A stretch of 64,000 nt of DNA from an uncultured Candidatus Saccharibacteria bacterium (GCA_964371255.1 CAYJKV010000001.1:32573-96572); one strand, 5' to 3'. Positions 1 to 10,092 are shown, counted from the first letter of the stretch. Notes: a model not told the origin generated them from the sequence alone. Numbers and translations: made by a program.

Positions 1-17
1 ATCGCTGGGCAGCGCGA

Positions 18-764
18 GTGGAAAAACAAATAGCTCGTTTGATGGATCGTTACTGCGAACAGTTCGCCCGTTATCAGGAAAAATACGGGTCAAGCTTACC
101 GGGGTTTTGCGAGGACGAACCAGCTGACCCAGAGCCTACGCCCAGTCCTTCACCTAGTCCCAGCATTTCATCAAGCCCGTCGCCGACGCCAAGCGAATCG
201 CCAAGTCCCACACCTACACCCAGTCCCAGTCCTTCACCCAGTCCCAGCTCATCGCCAAGTCCCACTACTGCCCCGACCTCTAGTATCGTGTTAAGTGAGA
301 TTTATTATGATGTGGATGCAGCACATGGCGCCGAAACAACTAATGAGTGGGTGGAAATTCGCAATAGCACGGACACAGCCGTTGATGTTAGCGGTTATAT
401 GTTAACGGATGCGACGACGAATGATGTTTTGCCGGCGGGAACGATTGTACCGGCCAATGGGTATTTATTAATTACTGACGAAAGCTCAACTATTACCTTT
501 TGGACGATTCCGGCCGGCTCTCCGGTCGTGGTATTGGGCAGCGCTATCGGCAACGCTTTAGGTAATAGTGGCGATGTGCTGCGTCTGAAAGATGCTGGCG
601 GCATAGAGCTAGATGCGGTCAGCTGGGGTAATAATGTTTCTGCTTTTGATCCCGCGGTGCCGGTGGTAGCAGAAGGATCGTCTATCTCTAGGGTAAGCGG
701 TGGGGCTGATACTGATACGGCTGCAGACTGGATAACCTTGACGACACCAACTCCGGGAGAATAG
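18..764 (+). CDS. Secreted or surface protein: Pro/Ser/Thr-rich low-complexity linker followed by a C-terminal lamin-tail (LTD) domain. GTG start; the frame is open to the window edge, so it may be 5'-truncated.
   Basis: PSPSPS/PTPSPS linker (aa ~40-90), then the LTD-like stretch SEIYYD...NEWVEIRN...GYML..L.....G....V..W. Confidence 0.55.
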   Translation: MEKQIARLMDRYCEQFARYQEKYGSSLPGFCEDEPADPEPTPSPSPSPSISSSPSPTPSESPSPTPTPSPSPSPSPSSSPSPTTAPTSSIVLSEIYYDVDAAHGAETTNEWVEIRNSTDTAVDVSGYMLTDATTNDVLPAGTIVPANGYLLITDESSTITFWTIPAGSPVVVLGSAIGNALGNSGDVLRLKDAGGIELDAVSWGNNVSAFDPAVPVVAEGSSISRVSGGADTDTAADWITLTTPTPGE

Positions 765-865
765 TCAATTTGATCGGGGGCTGATCAAAGCATGACGTGA
801 AAGTTATATAAGGAGTTTTTGCGGTATTAATAAGGCCGTTAAGAAATAGTGCTTGACAAAAAAGA

Positions 866-888
866 GCCCCAACAGTAGTTGTTGGGGC
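866..888 (-). terminator. Intrinsic-terminator-like hairpin: 9-bp stem gccccaaca/tgttggggc, loop gtag. A T-run follows on the minus strand (A-run on plus).
   Basis: Perfect inverted repeat read directly. It sits between the convergent ORFs 18..764(+) and 914..1102(-). Confidence 0.45.
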
Positions 889-913
889 ATGTGTCGCCGC
901 ACTCACCTCTAAT

Positions 914-1102
914 TTAGAACGAACTCACCAGCAACCATCCCACACCGAGAAAAAGAAATCCCATTGCGTTCGCGAGCTTAAAGAAGCATGACTGTTGTTG
1001 TTGCCGCAGAGCCCAGAACTCACGGGCATTTGCGCCTACAAGACAACCGAAAGAGAAACCTATTAGTAACGAACCTGCGAGGTGAACAACACTATCTGCC
1101 AT
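914..1102 (-). CDS. Small hypothetical membrane protein (62 aa).
   Basis: Hydrophobic ORF immediately upstream (in minus-strand reading) of the terminator hairpin. No recognisable family. Confidence 0.3.
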   Translation of the reverse strand: MADSVVHLAGSLLIGFSFGCLVGANAREFWALRQQQQSCFFKLANAMGFLFLGVGWLLVSSF

Positions 1103-1887
1103 GGTCCAACTCCTTCCAATAAAGGACGTGATGTAGGGAAGGAAGTCTTCACTATTTGATGCGAAAATGACTACTTCCTTCCCTAGGAGGTGGACCTATT
1201 TAGAGCGTCGCCAGAGCGCACACACCTAAGAAAGCTGCGCATTAACAATGTGAGGCCAGATTCATCTGGAATCTGGGAACAGGAGTTGATGCTCTGTCGA
1301 GCATCTTTAAAAGTATGCCATAAGTAGCTATGTTTGTCAAATCTATTTCGCTCTACGTGCCACCATGCCAACAACGTTGATTGGCAACAAAAACCGCGAA
1401 ATCATTGGCAAATCCGCAGTTTCCTGCCTGTGATTGGCTTAGACTAATTCCGCTGTTTTCCGGGTCCCGTGGTGGCAGTATAGCCTTTCGATAATCTAGC
1501 ACTATTTCGGAAACGCCGGGCAGAATCACACCTCGACTGCCGATGCCTTAGGGGATTTCAGGTCCATGGGAATCCAGGCTAGAGCCCGCGGTAGGTTGGG
1601 AGGCAGGAAATCGGTTGATCCTGCCGAGCCTCGCATCCGGATGGCCCAGGCCACGAACCGAGACAAGAGCATAAACATCAAGAACGTCTACAGGACACTG
1701 AAGACTTCGCGGTCGCCACTGTATCCGCATGCGATGATGGCGCGAATGTGAAAGAAGTCGACACTGGAGCGGTTTAGCGTGTAGAGCAATTCGATTTCCA
1801 TTTTATCCCCACCTATGGCATGGTCATCAGCTACCCCGTTCAGGGCGTAGCCGGTGACTATTTCTCTCACACTGAAGGGGATAAACC

Positions 1888-2256
1888 ATGGTTAACGTGT
1901 TGCTCTGGCTGTTGACTGCATTTGTCCTGTTGGTTGTGGCGTCCACTATATTTCAGCTTGGCCGGACCAGTCTGCTGATAGAATCAGCTGACTACCGACA
2001 GACAATGTGGAGACCCCTCTCAAGTCTCAGCGGCAAAACCATCGTCGTCGTCGGAATGACTCTTCAACTCTTATCATTGGCATTCCACATGGGCTCACTG
2101 TCTTGGCGGGGTACTGAACCTTTTAGTGATGTTGTTCTTGCTAGTTCCTTTAGTATCCTCTTTGCCCTGGTGATTGGGGTGCCCGTTTTCAACGAGCTGT
2201 ATGCTCGTTACTGTCACCGGTTTGATCAGAGCCGTAGCCACGAGGACAAACCGTGA
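1888..2256 (+). CDS. Hypothetical membrane protein (122 aa).
   Basis: N-terminal TM segment LLWLLTAFVLLVVASTIF; purine-rich stretch before the ATG. No family recognised. Confidence 0.3.
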   Translation: MVNVLLWLLTAFVLLVVASTIFQLGRTSLLIESADYRQTMWRPLSSLSGKTIVVVGMTLQLLSLAFHMGSLSWRGTEPFSDVVLASSFSILFALVIGVPVFNELYARYCHRFDQSRSHEDKP

Positions 2257-2581
2257 CGATCGTAGCTGCACCCATACAACTTACTAGTTCCTTCCGACCT
2301 AGCCTCCCGGCGGGTCTTTTTATTTCAGGCTTTGACGTATTCCGACTAACCAACAGGACAGGAGATTTCCGGATGACCAATGTCCGCCACGAGTCGGCCA
2401 TAGCAGAGCGCCGTATCCACTTTGGCAAACGGTGACGGCTAGCCCACTCCTGAAGAATGACAAGCGTACGCTCAACGACTCAATGCTCGCCCGAGAAAAA
2501 CGCTTAATTTTTACACACCTGCCGAGAAGTTTTATTCTTTAATTACAAAGCGGAGGATTGCGTTAGTTTTTTGAAGTCAGC

Positions 2582-2610
2582 CCACAAACGCTTGACACTA
2601 ATCTGTATTT
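2582..2610 (+). promoter_or_regulatory. Candidate sigma-70 promoter: TTGACA, 17-nt spacer, TAGGAT, upstream of the DEAD-box helicase gene.
   Basis: Exact TTGACA -35 hexamer at 2582-2587. The -10 is weak. Confidence 0.3.
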
Positions 2611-2719
2611 ATATTAGGATAAAGGAATTACTTTGAATCGCGCATTTAGTGCGAGGTAATGGACTCGAGCCTAGGGCATATAATGTGACCTAATCGCAAC
2701 CGGGTCATAGATAAATTAT

Positions 2720-4132
2720 ATGTCACAAAAACAACACTCTGGGCAGGGCGTTACCTTTTCAGATTTAGGAATTTCCCCAAAACTGTTAAAGGTTCTGGCA
2801 GGATTAAAATTTAATATTCCGACGCCGATCCAGTTGAAAGCTATTCCGATAGCGTCAACCGGCAAGGATGTGATTGGTATCGCCCAAACCGGGACGGGCA
2901 AGACTTTAGCGTTTGCTTTGCCTATGCTGCAGCAAATTGCCCGATGGAAAAAACAGGGATTAATTTTAGTACCAACCAGGGAGCTGGCCATTCAAGTGGA
3001 GGAACAATTTTCGATGGTCGGTAAGAGCTTTGGCTTACGCCATGCACTGTTAATCGGGGGCGGAGCGATGGGACGGCAAGTTGAGGAAATTCGTCGGAAG
3101 CCGCACGTGATCATTGCCACCCCGGGGCGGCTGATTGATCATTTACAGACGAAACGTCTAAGTTTGAGCCGCGTGGGTATACTGGTGTTAGACGAAGCAG
3201 ATCGGATGCTAGATATGGGATTTGCCCCGCAAATAAAACAGATATTGGGACAGGTGCCAAAGGAGCGTCAAACCATGTTGTTTTCTGCAACTATGCCAGC
3301 GGAAATAGTAAAGATTGCCACAACCCACATGAAGCTGCCGGTTCGAATTGAAATTGCGCAGACCGGAACAGTAGCGGAGCAAGTGGACCAAGAGTTATTT
3401 ATTGTGCGCAAAGAAGACAAGAGTCGTTTACTCGAGAAGCTGCTCAATGAATATAAAGGGACGGTCTTAGTGTTCTCACGAACTAAGCACGGCGCCAGAA
3501 AATTATGTCGAGCAGTTAACTGTATGGGACACGAGGTAGCAGAAATCCATTCTAATCTATCGTTAGGGCAGCGACGGAAATCGATGGAAGGATTTAAGTC
3601 AGGCAGATACCGCGTGCTGGTGGCGACGGATATTGCCGCGCGAGGCATTGATGTCCGTGACATTGAATTAGTGGTGAATTTTGATTTGCCGGACAGCCCG
3701 GATGATTATGTGCATCGAGTGGGAAGAACAGGCCGGGCAGGAAAAGTTGGACGGGCCATTTCCTTTATCATGCCAGATCAGCGGGGAAAAGTGCGGACCA
3801 TTGAGCGGTTAGTGCGTCAGCAATTGCGTGTTTCACCGCTGCCGGAATTGCCTGCTCATCGTCCAGTACCGCATGAGACAAAGTACCGCGGGCAGCAGGG
3901 CAGATATGACCGTACGAATAATAGGCAGACGATGGGTTTTAACCAATCACGACCGCGAGCCGGAGGGGGCAGGTCTAGCGGCAAGTGGCCCAACTCATAC
4001 CCAAGGAAGCAAAACAATCAAGCTGGGGGTAGGGGCCATTGGAGCCAGACAGATAGACCGATCAAAGCGACAGGGACGCGAGTTGACCGCCAGGGTGGCC
4101 AGCGGCAAGATTTGGCTCGCATTCATACCTAA
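2720..4132 (+). CDS. DEAD-box ATP-dependent RNA helicase with an Arg/Gly/Gln-rich C-terminal tail.
   Basis: Q motif PTPIQ, motif I AQTGTGKT, Ia PTRELA, II DEAD, III SAT, VI HRVGRTGRAG. Confidence 0.9.
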   Translation: MSQKQHSGQGVTFSDLGISPKLLKVLAGLKFNIPTPIQLKAIPIASTGKDVIGIAQTGTGKTLAFALPMLQQIARWKKQGLILVPTRELAIQVEEQFSMVGKSFGLRHALLIGGGAMGRQVEEIRRKPHVIIATPGRLIDHLQTKRLSLSRVGILVLDEADRMLDMGFAPQIKQILGQVPKERQTMLFSATMPAEIVKIATTHMKLPVRIEIAQTGTVAEQVDQELFIVRKEDKSRLLEKLLNEYKGTVLVFSRTKHGARKLCRAVNCMGHEVAEIHSNLSLGQRRKSMEGFKSGRYRVLVATDIAARGIDVRDIELVVNFDLPDSPDDYVHRVGRTGRAGKVGRAISFIMPDQRGKVRTIERLVRQQLRVSPLPELPAHRPVPHETKYRGQQGRYDRTNNRQTMGFNQSRPRAGGGRSSGKWPNSYPRKQNNQAGGRGHWSQTDRPIKATGTRVDRQGGQRQDLARIHT

Positions 4133-4138
4133 AAATAT

Positions 4139-5956
4139 ATGTCGTCTAACATTAGAAACGTGGCGATTATTGCCCACGTTGATCACGGAAAAACTACCTT
4201 GGTTGATGCACTGCTGCGTCAATCAGAATCTTTTCGTATTAAGGACGATGAGGCCAATTTAATCATGGACTCGAATGTGCTGGAAAGAGAACGTGGCATT
4301 ACGATTTTTTCCAAAAATGCCGCTGTCCAGTATCAAGGATGCAAAATAAATATTATCGACACTCCCGGACATGCTGATTTTGGCGGCGAAGTCGAACGAA
4401 TTATGACGATGGTGAACGGTGTCTTGCTGCTGGTGGATGCCAAAGACGGACCCATGCCGCAGACGAAGTTTGTGCTGAAGAAAGCGCTGGAAAAAGGCCA
4501 TAAAGTGATTGTGATTATTAATAAGATCGATGTGCCGCAAGCGCGTGTTGACTGGGTGTTAGATCAAACGTTCGGACTGTTCGTGGATTTAGGGGCGACG
4601 GATGCGCAGGCTGATTTTCCTGTGCTTTACGCGTCAGCTATCCAGGGAAAGGCTGGGGCGGAACCGACTTTAGACAAAATGGAAAATATTACCCCGCTCT
4701 TTGATGCAATCATTAAATATATACCTGCGCCTTCGGTCAATAATGGAGCCATGCAAATGCTGGTAGTAAATGTGACCTATGATTCGTATAAGGGGCAAAT
4801 CGCGATTGGCCCGCTTGTCAGCGGCCGTCTAAAGAAAGGGCAGAGTGTGGCGCGCATTGAAGCGGATGGCACGATCAAACCGGCGAAACTAACGAGTGTC
4901 ATGACCTTTGATGGCCTCAGCAGGGTGGAGACCGATGATGTTGTGCCGGGGGATATTGTGGCGGTGGCTGGTATCGAGGCCGTTAAAATTGGCGAGACAA
5001 TCGCCGATGCAGAGAATCCGCAGCAGTTGCCGGTTATTATGATTGATGAGCCGACGGTTAAGATGAGCTTCGCGGTAAACACTTCACCGTTGTCTGGAAC
5101 AGAAGGGGAGTTTTCTACGTCCCGACATTTAAAGGCGCGATTGATGCGTGAAGTGCTGGCGGATGTGGCGTTAAAGGTGGAAGTAAACAGTTCGTCCGAT
5201 GCTTCATTTACCGTGTTTGGCCGGGGCGAGCTGCATGTGGAAATTTTGATAGAGAAAATGCTGCGTGAAGGATATGAGTTTGAAGTGGGCAAGCCGCGAG
5301 TCATTTTTAAGGAAGAAAACGGGAAGAGATTAGAGCCGTTTGAGGATGTCTATATTGAGTGCCCCGATAATTATTCCGGCACGGTCATTGAGAAAATGGG
5401 CAAACGCAAAGGCGAGATGAAAGACATGAAAGTAGAAAAGGGGTTGACCAAGATGCATTTTTTATTGACGACCCGGGGTTTGATCGGGTACCGATCGGAA
5501 TTCCTGACCGATACACGCGGTGAAGGAATTATCAATACTTTGTTTAATAGTTACCAGCCCTACTTGGGCGATATTGAAACACAGCAACATGGGTCTCTAG
5601 TGGCGCATGAGGCAGGAGTAAGCACGCATTATGGTTTGGTGGCAGCGCAAGGCCGTGGGGTAATGTTCATCAAACCAGGAACGAAAGTTTATGAGGGGAT
5701 GATCGTGGGGCAAAATTCCCGTGCCACCGATATCGACGTAAATGTGTGCAAAGAGAAGAAGCTGTCTAATATGCGGGCAGTGGGAGATGGAGCCGCGGAA
5801 GGTTTACACTCGCCTCGAGACTTGAGTTTAGAAGAAGCGATTGAATATTTGGGTGATGATGAACTGCTGGAGGTCACACCGAAGAGTCTGCGGCTGCGCA
5901 AAATGCATCTGACAAAGATTGAAAGAAAACGAGTGAGGAAGAAAACGAGTGAATAA
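4139..5956 (+). CDS. typA: Translational GTPase TypA/BipA.
   Basis: G1 AIIAHVDHGKTTL, DTPGHADF, NKID. 605 aa with EF-G-like domain order typical of BipA. Confidence 0.9.
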   Translation: MSSNIRNVAIIAHVDHGKTTLVDALLRQSESFRIKDDEANLIMDSNVLERERGITIFSKNAAVQYQGCKINIIDTPGHADFGGEVERIMTMVNGVLLLVDAKDGPMPQTKFVLKKALEKGHKVIVIINKIDVPQARVDWVLDQTFGLFVDLGATDAQADFPVLYASAIQGKAGAEPTLDKMENITPLFDAIIKYIPAPSVNNGAMQMLVVNVTYDSYKGQIAIGPLVSGRLKKGQSVARIEADGTIKPAKLTSVMTFDGLSRVETDDVVPGDIVAVAGIEAVKIGETIADAENPQQLPVIMIDEPTVKMSFAVNTSPLSGTEGEFSTSRHLKARLMREVLADVALKVEVNSSSDASFTVFGRGELHVEILIEKMLREGYEFEVGKPRVIFKEENGKRLEPFEDVYIECPDNYSGTVIEKMGKRKGEMKDMKVEKGLTKMHFLLTTRGLIGYRSEFLTDTRGEGIINTLFNSYQPYLGDIETQQHGSLVAHEAGVSTHYGLVAAQGRGVMFIKPGTKVYEGMIVGQNSRATDIDVNVCKEKKLSNMRAVGDGAAEGLHSPRDLSLEEAIEYLGDDELLEVTPKSLRLRKMHLTKIERKRVRKKTSE

Positions 5957-6067
5957 ATAAGTAAAATAATAAAGAGATAATTCAAGTAAGGTGCCGGCAG
6001 TGCGAGAGGCTGCCTTGTTTGTGTACGGGGGGTCGTGAAAATTTATTACCTTTGCTAAGGTAGGTAT

Positions 6068-8284
6068 ATGGCATGGATTAAGTGGCTATCAGGTCTGGCG
6101 GTCGGCGTCGTCGTCCTTCTTTTGTTATTGAGCCCAGTCAAATATTATCGGACGGTGAGTGAAGGAACGGATGTGTATGAAGCGCATTATGTTTTATATG
6201 GCGACCGGATACAGGAACAAAGAGTGCAAATAGATCATGAGTTAGTGGGGATAGGAGCGATAGCAGTAGATTTCCGCCGCTCGCAGAACTTGAAACCACT
6301 GGAAGTGACAGTGCGGACGCTGGATGGAGAGATAGTGTCTCGGGGAAAAATTTCTCCCGACAAGGTAGCAGACGATAGCTTCGTCTGGGCTGAATTGAGC
6401 GAGAGGGTAGAACGCCGGGGCGAGGTAGTTATTGAATTCAAAGCACCACAGGCGGAAGTGAAGAATCCGGTGGGGCTACGTTTTGAAAAGGAGAGTGGGC
6501 ACGTAGCGTTGGGGCTGCTGGAGAGGGTGTCGTTAGCCCAGAGAACTGTGATTTGGACACAAGATCATCCGGACAGAGCGTTAAGGCTATGGCTGGTGGT
6601 CACGGGCGGATGTTTAATAGCGCTTATTTTGAGCTTGGCTGGCATACAAAGAAGGATAGGCAAATTGAGTGTAACTACTTGGCTGATTATTGGACTGGCC
6701 ATTATTACATTGTTAGTGCGAATTAGGACGGCGGTGCAGGTGGAAAGCGTATTTGGCGGAGATGCTTTTAACTATTTAATTCAGAGCCAGGCTTGGTTGG
6801 CTGGTGACAATCCATTTGCGGAGGAATTTAGAAGAAAGGCGCCATTTTTACCATTTTTGTTATTACCGGGGTGGCTGGGACTGATTGATCCGATCGTGTG
6901 GGGAAGAATTATTAGCATGATCGCGGCAGCGGGAGCGGTAGTGATGCTGCCCCGATTGTTAATGTTTTTTCAAATACCGCGTCAATTGGCGCTGGGGGCA
7001 GGATTATTGTTGGCTGTTAATAGAAATTTTTGGTGGGAGTCGGTGCATGGTTTGGCTAATACTTTGTATGCCGCGCTGATAGTGGGGGCAGTGTATGCAT
7101 TTATGCTGCACCGCAAGAAATATGGCAGATATTTAGTTGGGGTATTGGTGGGATTGACGACATTAACGCGATGGGAGGGAGGAGCAGTCGCGGCAGTACT
7201 GTTGCCAGCGGTGTGGATTTGGCATCGATTAAATATTAAAACAATTATTTATAGTGGCTGGCCGGCGTTAGTTTTGGTGGCAGTTCCTTTTGTCTTCTGG
7301 CCAATCACTGGTGAAACTGGCATGCGAACTGTGGCTGATATCGCGGGTGACGGGGGACTGAAACTGGCTTATTCATGGGGCGATTTTGTCGGCAACCTGG
7401 AAGGGCTAGAGCTTTTCTTGGGAAGAAACTGGATTTTGGTGGAAGGGGTGGGTGAGCAGTTGGGGTGGCTGGCGGGTGGTTTGGCGAGTGGTCTAGTTTT
7501 AGGCTTCTGGCACCGGAAAAAATACTGGATTTATAGCGGACTGGTGAGATTTCTGCCTTATGGGCTGATAATTATTTTATTGGTCGTATTAGCGGGCAGT
7601 TCGCGGGAGAGCTACAAATACCTGACGATGGTTTTGACGGCACTGACGGGGGCGGGCTGGGGAGCAAGTCTCGTGATCAAACCGAAATTTAGTATACCGG
7701 TGGGCCTAATGCTGATTGGTCAAGTGTTGGTGATAACCATGATATTGCCGAAGTCGAGATATTATTTACAGTTGATTCCCTTCTTATGTGCGGGGTTGAT
7801 ATTTGGCTTGTGGATGATCAGCGATTGGCGGCGGTCATCTGTAAGCCGAGTGGGCACGATTTTGTTGGTCGGAGTTTTCTCGATGATGGTTTATTTGGAC
7901 AGTGCGCGGGCGATGCCCGGCACGATAAGCGGCTATAATGAGAAATCCGGCAATCATACGGTCGTGACGCAAGCGTGCAAATACTTATTAGACAAGCCAG
8001 GAAATGTGGGAGTGGTTGAAGAAAGCGATCTGCCGGCACGGGTTTACTTAACTTTAGAGCGGACGAGAATTTTTCCCATCGAATGGGCAGAGAATATGGA
8101 AGATTTAACCGATGAGGAGATTTATAGGTGGCTCGAGGAATTTAATATCAGCTACATGATCGAGACAACTGCTCAACCAGTGTTTGATATAGTTGAACGG
8201 CACCCGGATGATTTTGAGTTTCTGAAGAAATTTAGCAGCCGGTACACGGAAGAGGAAGCGACGGTATATCGGGTAAAAAAATAG
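6068..8284 (+). CDS. Large polytopic membrane protein (738 aa, more than 12 TM segments plus a C-terminal soluble domain). Possibly a GT-C-type glycosyltransferase.
   Basis: Many hydrophobic segments. Convergent with a GT4 glycosyltransferase. No catalytic motif confidently identified. Confidence 0.45.
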   Translation: MAWIKWLSGLAVGVVVLLLLLSPVKYYRTVSEGTDVYEAHYVLYGDRIQEQRVQIDHELVGIGAIAVDFRRSQNLKPLEVTVRTLDGEIVSRGKISPDKVADDSFVWAELSERVERRGEVVIEFKAPQAEVKNPVGLRFEKESGHVALGLLERVSLAQRTVIWTQDHPDRALRLWLVVTGGCLIALILSLAGIQRRIGKLSVTTWLIIGLAIITLLVRIRTAVQVESVFGGDAFNYLIQSQAWLAGDNPFAEEFRRKAPFLPFLLLPGWLGLIDPIVWGRIISMIAAAGAVVMLPRLLMFFQIPRQLALGAGLLLAVNRNFWWESVHGLANTLYAALIVGAVYAFMLHRKKYGRYLVGVLVGLTTLTRWEGGAVAAVLLPAVWIWHRLNIKTIIYSGWPALVLVAVPFVFWPITGETGMRTVADIAGDGGLKLAYSWGDFVGNLEGLELFLGRNWILVEGVGEQLGWLAGGLASGLVLGFWHRKKYWIYSGLVRFLPYGLIIILLVVLAGSSRESYKYLTMVLTALTGAGWGASLVIKPKFSIPVGLMLIGQVLVITMILPKSRYYLQLIPFLCAGLIFGLWMISDWRRSSVSRVGTILLVGVFSMMVYLDSARAMPGTISGYNEKSGNHTVVTQACKYLLDKPGNVGVVEESDLPARVYLTLERTRIFPIEWAENMEDLTDEEIYRWLEEFNISYMIETTAQPVFDIVERHPDDFEFLKKFSSRYTEEEATVYRVKK

Positions 8285-8329
8285 GAAAACAGTGACGTCG
8301 GATTGGTCGAAGAGCAGGGAGTTTGGCGG

Positions 8330-9505
8330 TTAGGCCGGTTTTTTGCTGAGATCGGTATAGAGGTCAATGAATTGCTGAATGACAGTATCGATGGCGTGGT
8401 TTTGAATACGTGCCAGACTGGCTTGGCCCATGCGCCGTAAAAGTGGCTGGTCGGCAAGCAGACGAAGTAAATGCCGGGCAAACTGCTCGTGGTCATGGGC
8501 TGAGAATAATAAGCCATTCTCGTCAGCAGCAACGAGCTCAGGAAGGGCTACGGAGTTGGCCGCGACAACGGGAAGACCGCAGGCCATGGCTTCCATGGTG
8601 GCGATGCTTTGTAATTCGGCGGTACTGGCGGTAGTGAATATTTGGGCTGAGCAGTAGAGGGCAGGCAGATCCGGGGCGGGAACAAAACCGGTAAAAGTAA
8701 CAGCCTGGTCGATTTTTAATCGCCTGGTAAGGTGACGCAGGTGATGAGCGGCGCTGCCATTTTTCGAGCCGACGACGACCAGGTGGATAGGCCTGGTTTG
8801 GAGCACTTGGGCCACTGTGTGCAGGATGGTGTCGATGTTTTTTTCTTTATCTAAGCGGCCAACGGTGATGATGGTGGGCAAGTTAGGCAGCCGGTATTTT
8901 TTTCTAACCGCTGGCGTGTCGTAGTGGGGATTAAATTTTTTCAGATCAATGCCATTGGAAATAACTTGAACAGGTTTGGTGAAACCGTGTTCGATCAGAA
9001 GATTAGCAGCAGTTCGGGTAGGTGTGGTGACGGCGTCCAAGGAAGCAAAGTAATTAATGCATTGCTGCCACAGTTTAGCGTTGAGACGGGCTTCGACAGC
9101 CGGGGGGAGGCGCAAATAATGAGTTAAGTTATCCGGCATAAAATGGTTAGTACCAACGATGGGGATACGTAACTTTCTGGCCTGACGAACGACGGCCTGG
9201 GAAAGCCAGAAATGTCCCTGGGCATGAATGATATCTGGTTGAAACTGTTTGATGGCAGAAGCGATGGTTCGCTGATTCAGGCGCGGTACGGCGATGCGCA
9301 TATTGTTGATATACAAGGGAACTGAACGTATGCCGAGGGTAGTAACTTTGTCTTGTAGATATTTTTCTTGGCGGCCTGATCGGGAGGGGGCGATGACCTG
9401 GACCTGATGCGAGTGCTCAGTCAGTCTTTGGGCTAAACGATAGGTGAAATAAGCAGCGCCATTGACGTGCGGCGGGTAAGTATCGGTGACAATAAGAACT
9501 TTCAT
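8330..9505 (-). CDS. Glycosyltransferase family 4 (GT-B fold).
   Basis: N-terminus MKVLIVTDTYPPHVNGAAY; C-terminal EAMACGLPVVA...E motif (E-x7-E). Confidence 0.8.
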   Translation of the reverse strand: MKVLIVTDTYPPHVNGAAYFTYRLAQRLTEHSHQVQVIAPSRSGRQEKYLQDKVTTLGIRSVPLYINNMRIAVPRLNQRTIASAIKQFQPDIIHAQGHFWLSQAVVRQARKLRIPIVGTNHFMPDNLTHYLRLPPAVEARLNAKLWQQCINYFASLDAVTTPTRTAANLLIEHGFTKPVQVISNGIDLKKFNPHYDTPAVRKKYRLPNLPTIITVGRLDKEKNIDTILHTVAQVLQTRPIHLVVVGSKNGSAAHHLRHLTRRLKIDQAVTFTGFVPAPDLPALYCSAQIFTTASTAELQSIATMEAMACGLPVVAANSVALPELVAADENGLLFSAHDHEQFARHLLRLLADQPLLRRMGQASLARIQNHAIDTVIQQFIDLYTDLSKKPA

Positions 9506-9618
9506 AATTGAGATGACAATTCAGTAAATAAAGAGGTGCGATGACTATAGTAACTATACTGCTTGCAAGCAAGGAAGATAGGTTGGGCGCCGCAGCGTGA
9601 GGGGAAAGAGCGAGCCAG

Positions 9619-10092
9619 TTGGGACTGATACGGACTGGATGTTTACGTGAGGTCCCTTATACTAGAGGTATGGCGGGATGGATTGTTTATGCACTTTTGT
9701 CGGCGGCTTTCGCGGGGCTGGTCGCGATTTTTGGAAAAATTGGCATCAAGGACATTGATTCCACTTTAGCGACCACGGTCCGGTCGGTTATTATGGCAGG
9801 GTTTTTACTCATCACAGCCTTGGTGCTTGGCAAAGTGAAGTATCTATCTTCGATTGATAATAAAGCGTTATTCTTCATCACATTGTCCGGAATAGCCGGG
9901 GCGTTGTCGTGGTTAATGTATTTTGTGGCGTTGCGAACAGGTCCGGCGTCCGGTGTAGCGGCAGTCGATCGGTTAAGTGTTGTGTTTGTGCTAGTCTTCG
10001 CGGTGCTTTTTCTGGCCGAGCAGCTAACGTGGCGAACGGCTATGGGTGCGGGATTTATCACGATTGGTGCGATCTTGATGACTATTCGTTAG
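9619..10092 (+). CDS. EamA-like 4-TM transporter (DMT superfamily half-size protein). True start probably the internal Met (MAGWIVYALL).
   Basis: Four hydrophobic helices of ~140 aa with an EamA-like pattern. Confidence 0.55.
   Translation: MGLIRTGCLREVPYTRGMAGWIVYALLSAAFAGLVAIFGKIGIKDIDSTLATTVRSVIMAGFLLITALVLGKVKYLSSIDNKALFFITLSGIAGALSWLMYFVALRTGPASGVAAVDRLSVVFVLVFAVLFLAEQLTWRTAMGAGFITIGAILMTIR

Noticed and set aside
130-290. Highly repetitive agtccc/agccca DNA, considered as a microsatellite or repeat element.
   Set aside because: It is the coding sequence of a P/S/T-rich linker within ORF 18..764. The periodicity follows codons.
775-800. GGGGCTGAT at 775-783 resembles the 5' end of tmRNA.
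   Set aside because: The following sequence does not continue the tmRNA consensus (no TCTGGATTCGACGGG). No tRNA-like 3' end (GGTTCGA...CCA) or tag-peptide reading frame is found in the next 400 nt.
1566-1870. Overlapping short ORFs on both strands (1548..1730-, 1566..1751+, 1688..1870-), considered as genes.
   Set aside because: They are mutually overlapping and lack start context and recognisable domains. They are treated collectively as a possibly decayed region rather than called as CDS.
4777-5304. 175-aa minus-strand ORF inside typA. Similar long antisense ORFs lie inside other genes: 3268..3663, 9687..10061, 25114..25491, 26715..27056, 29148..29861, 30611..31024, 18542..19021.
   Set aside because: These are shadow ORFs wholly embedded in strongly supported genes on the opposite strand. 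They have low-complexity or Ser/Pro-rich translations and no motifs.
8410-8657. Two overlapping plus-strand Arg-rich ORFs (74 and 75 aa) antisense to the GT4 glycosyltransferase.
   Set aside because: Compositionally biased (R/W/Q-rich) translations typical of out-of-frame reading of a GC-rich gene. The GT4 frame has clear family motifs.
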